DNA of 59,896 nucleotides, the filler included, from Dimargaris cristalligena (taxonomy: Eukaryota): assembly GCA_003614675.1 (NCBI GenBank). It is 8 parts of 8 records of this genome, joined end to end, with 100 filler letters (N's around TTAATTAATTAA, not from the genome) between each part and the next. Parts side by side here need not be neighbours in the genome. Positions count along the whole stretch, not along the records: positions 52,539 to 59,896 come from ML003422.1; 7 more parts are not named here. One strand, 5' to 3'. Under the pieces are notes generated by a model. The model was given only the letters and a program-made list of their open reading frames with translations, was not told the DNA's origin and did not search any database. This document shows positions 59,443 to 59,896 of this stretch, one piece after another. The translations under genes and the position numbers were made by a program. Every line of letters starts with the position of its first letter. Position 1 is the first letter of the stretch.

Positions 59443-59586
59443 ATGTGGGAGGGGCTCCGCCAGGCTGTAAAACGAAATATCCGTTGGATGGAGCAAATGT
59501 TACTGGTTCCAAACGAATCCCCGGCCTATTTTCCCATATATGTAACATTTAATGCCATATACAATTGGGCCCAAGGTCCCTCATTT
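59443..59586 (-). mobile_element. MITE family A copy 8, diverged
   Basis: ATGTGGGAGGGGCTCCGCCAGGCTGTAAAACGAAATATCCGTTGGATG...TTCCCATATATG...TATACAATTGG. Confidence 0.72.
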
Positions 59587-59896
59587 CTTTTACCTAACTC
59601 AATCCACCAAACCGCGAGCTTCTAGCAACGTCACTTGCGGTTATGTCTCTCACCCACTATTATTTTAAGTAGCTTCAGGGGGACCCCTCGTTAACTATTC
59701 AATATATAATTACGACGCTTTAGATATACAAGTGATCTGGTATATAATACTGCAATGTATTGGTTTTGCTAGCTTTATCTAGACCGGTTTGCGGGACAAT
59801 AGTTCATTCATTTCCTATATTGATACTGAATTTTCCAACTCTAAACATCCAGGATACCTCCCCCTTTACTTTAAACTAAATACAAATATTAGAAGG

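Overview
Eukaryotic (fungal) draft-assembly DNA, most likely an early-diverging fungus such as a Zoopagomycota/Dimargaris-like organism (inference from gene content and LINE type). The window is not one locus. It is eight unlinked ~7.4 kb pieces in descending size order, joined by 100-nt N-TTAATTAATTAA-N linkers. Host genes: an Hst3/Hst4-type sirtuin, a secreted AA11 LPMO, a two-exon secreted orphan, a seven-exon SGF11 (only fragments in the ORF track, with a 14-nt microexon), eIF3g, a class-3 lipase, a P450, exon 1 of GFA1 and a multi-pass membrane protein. Repeats: two LINEs (one with intact ORF1/ORF2 joined by an ATGA overlap), solo LTRs with 5-bp TSDs including a triple nest, and eight copies of a 144-bp MITE. 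The strongest signal is repeat-restricted, near-total CpG erasure with frequent CG->TA double changes, suggesting a CpG-directed RIP-like defence. There is also a ~430-nt highly structured candidate ncRNA.
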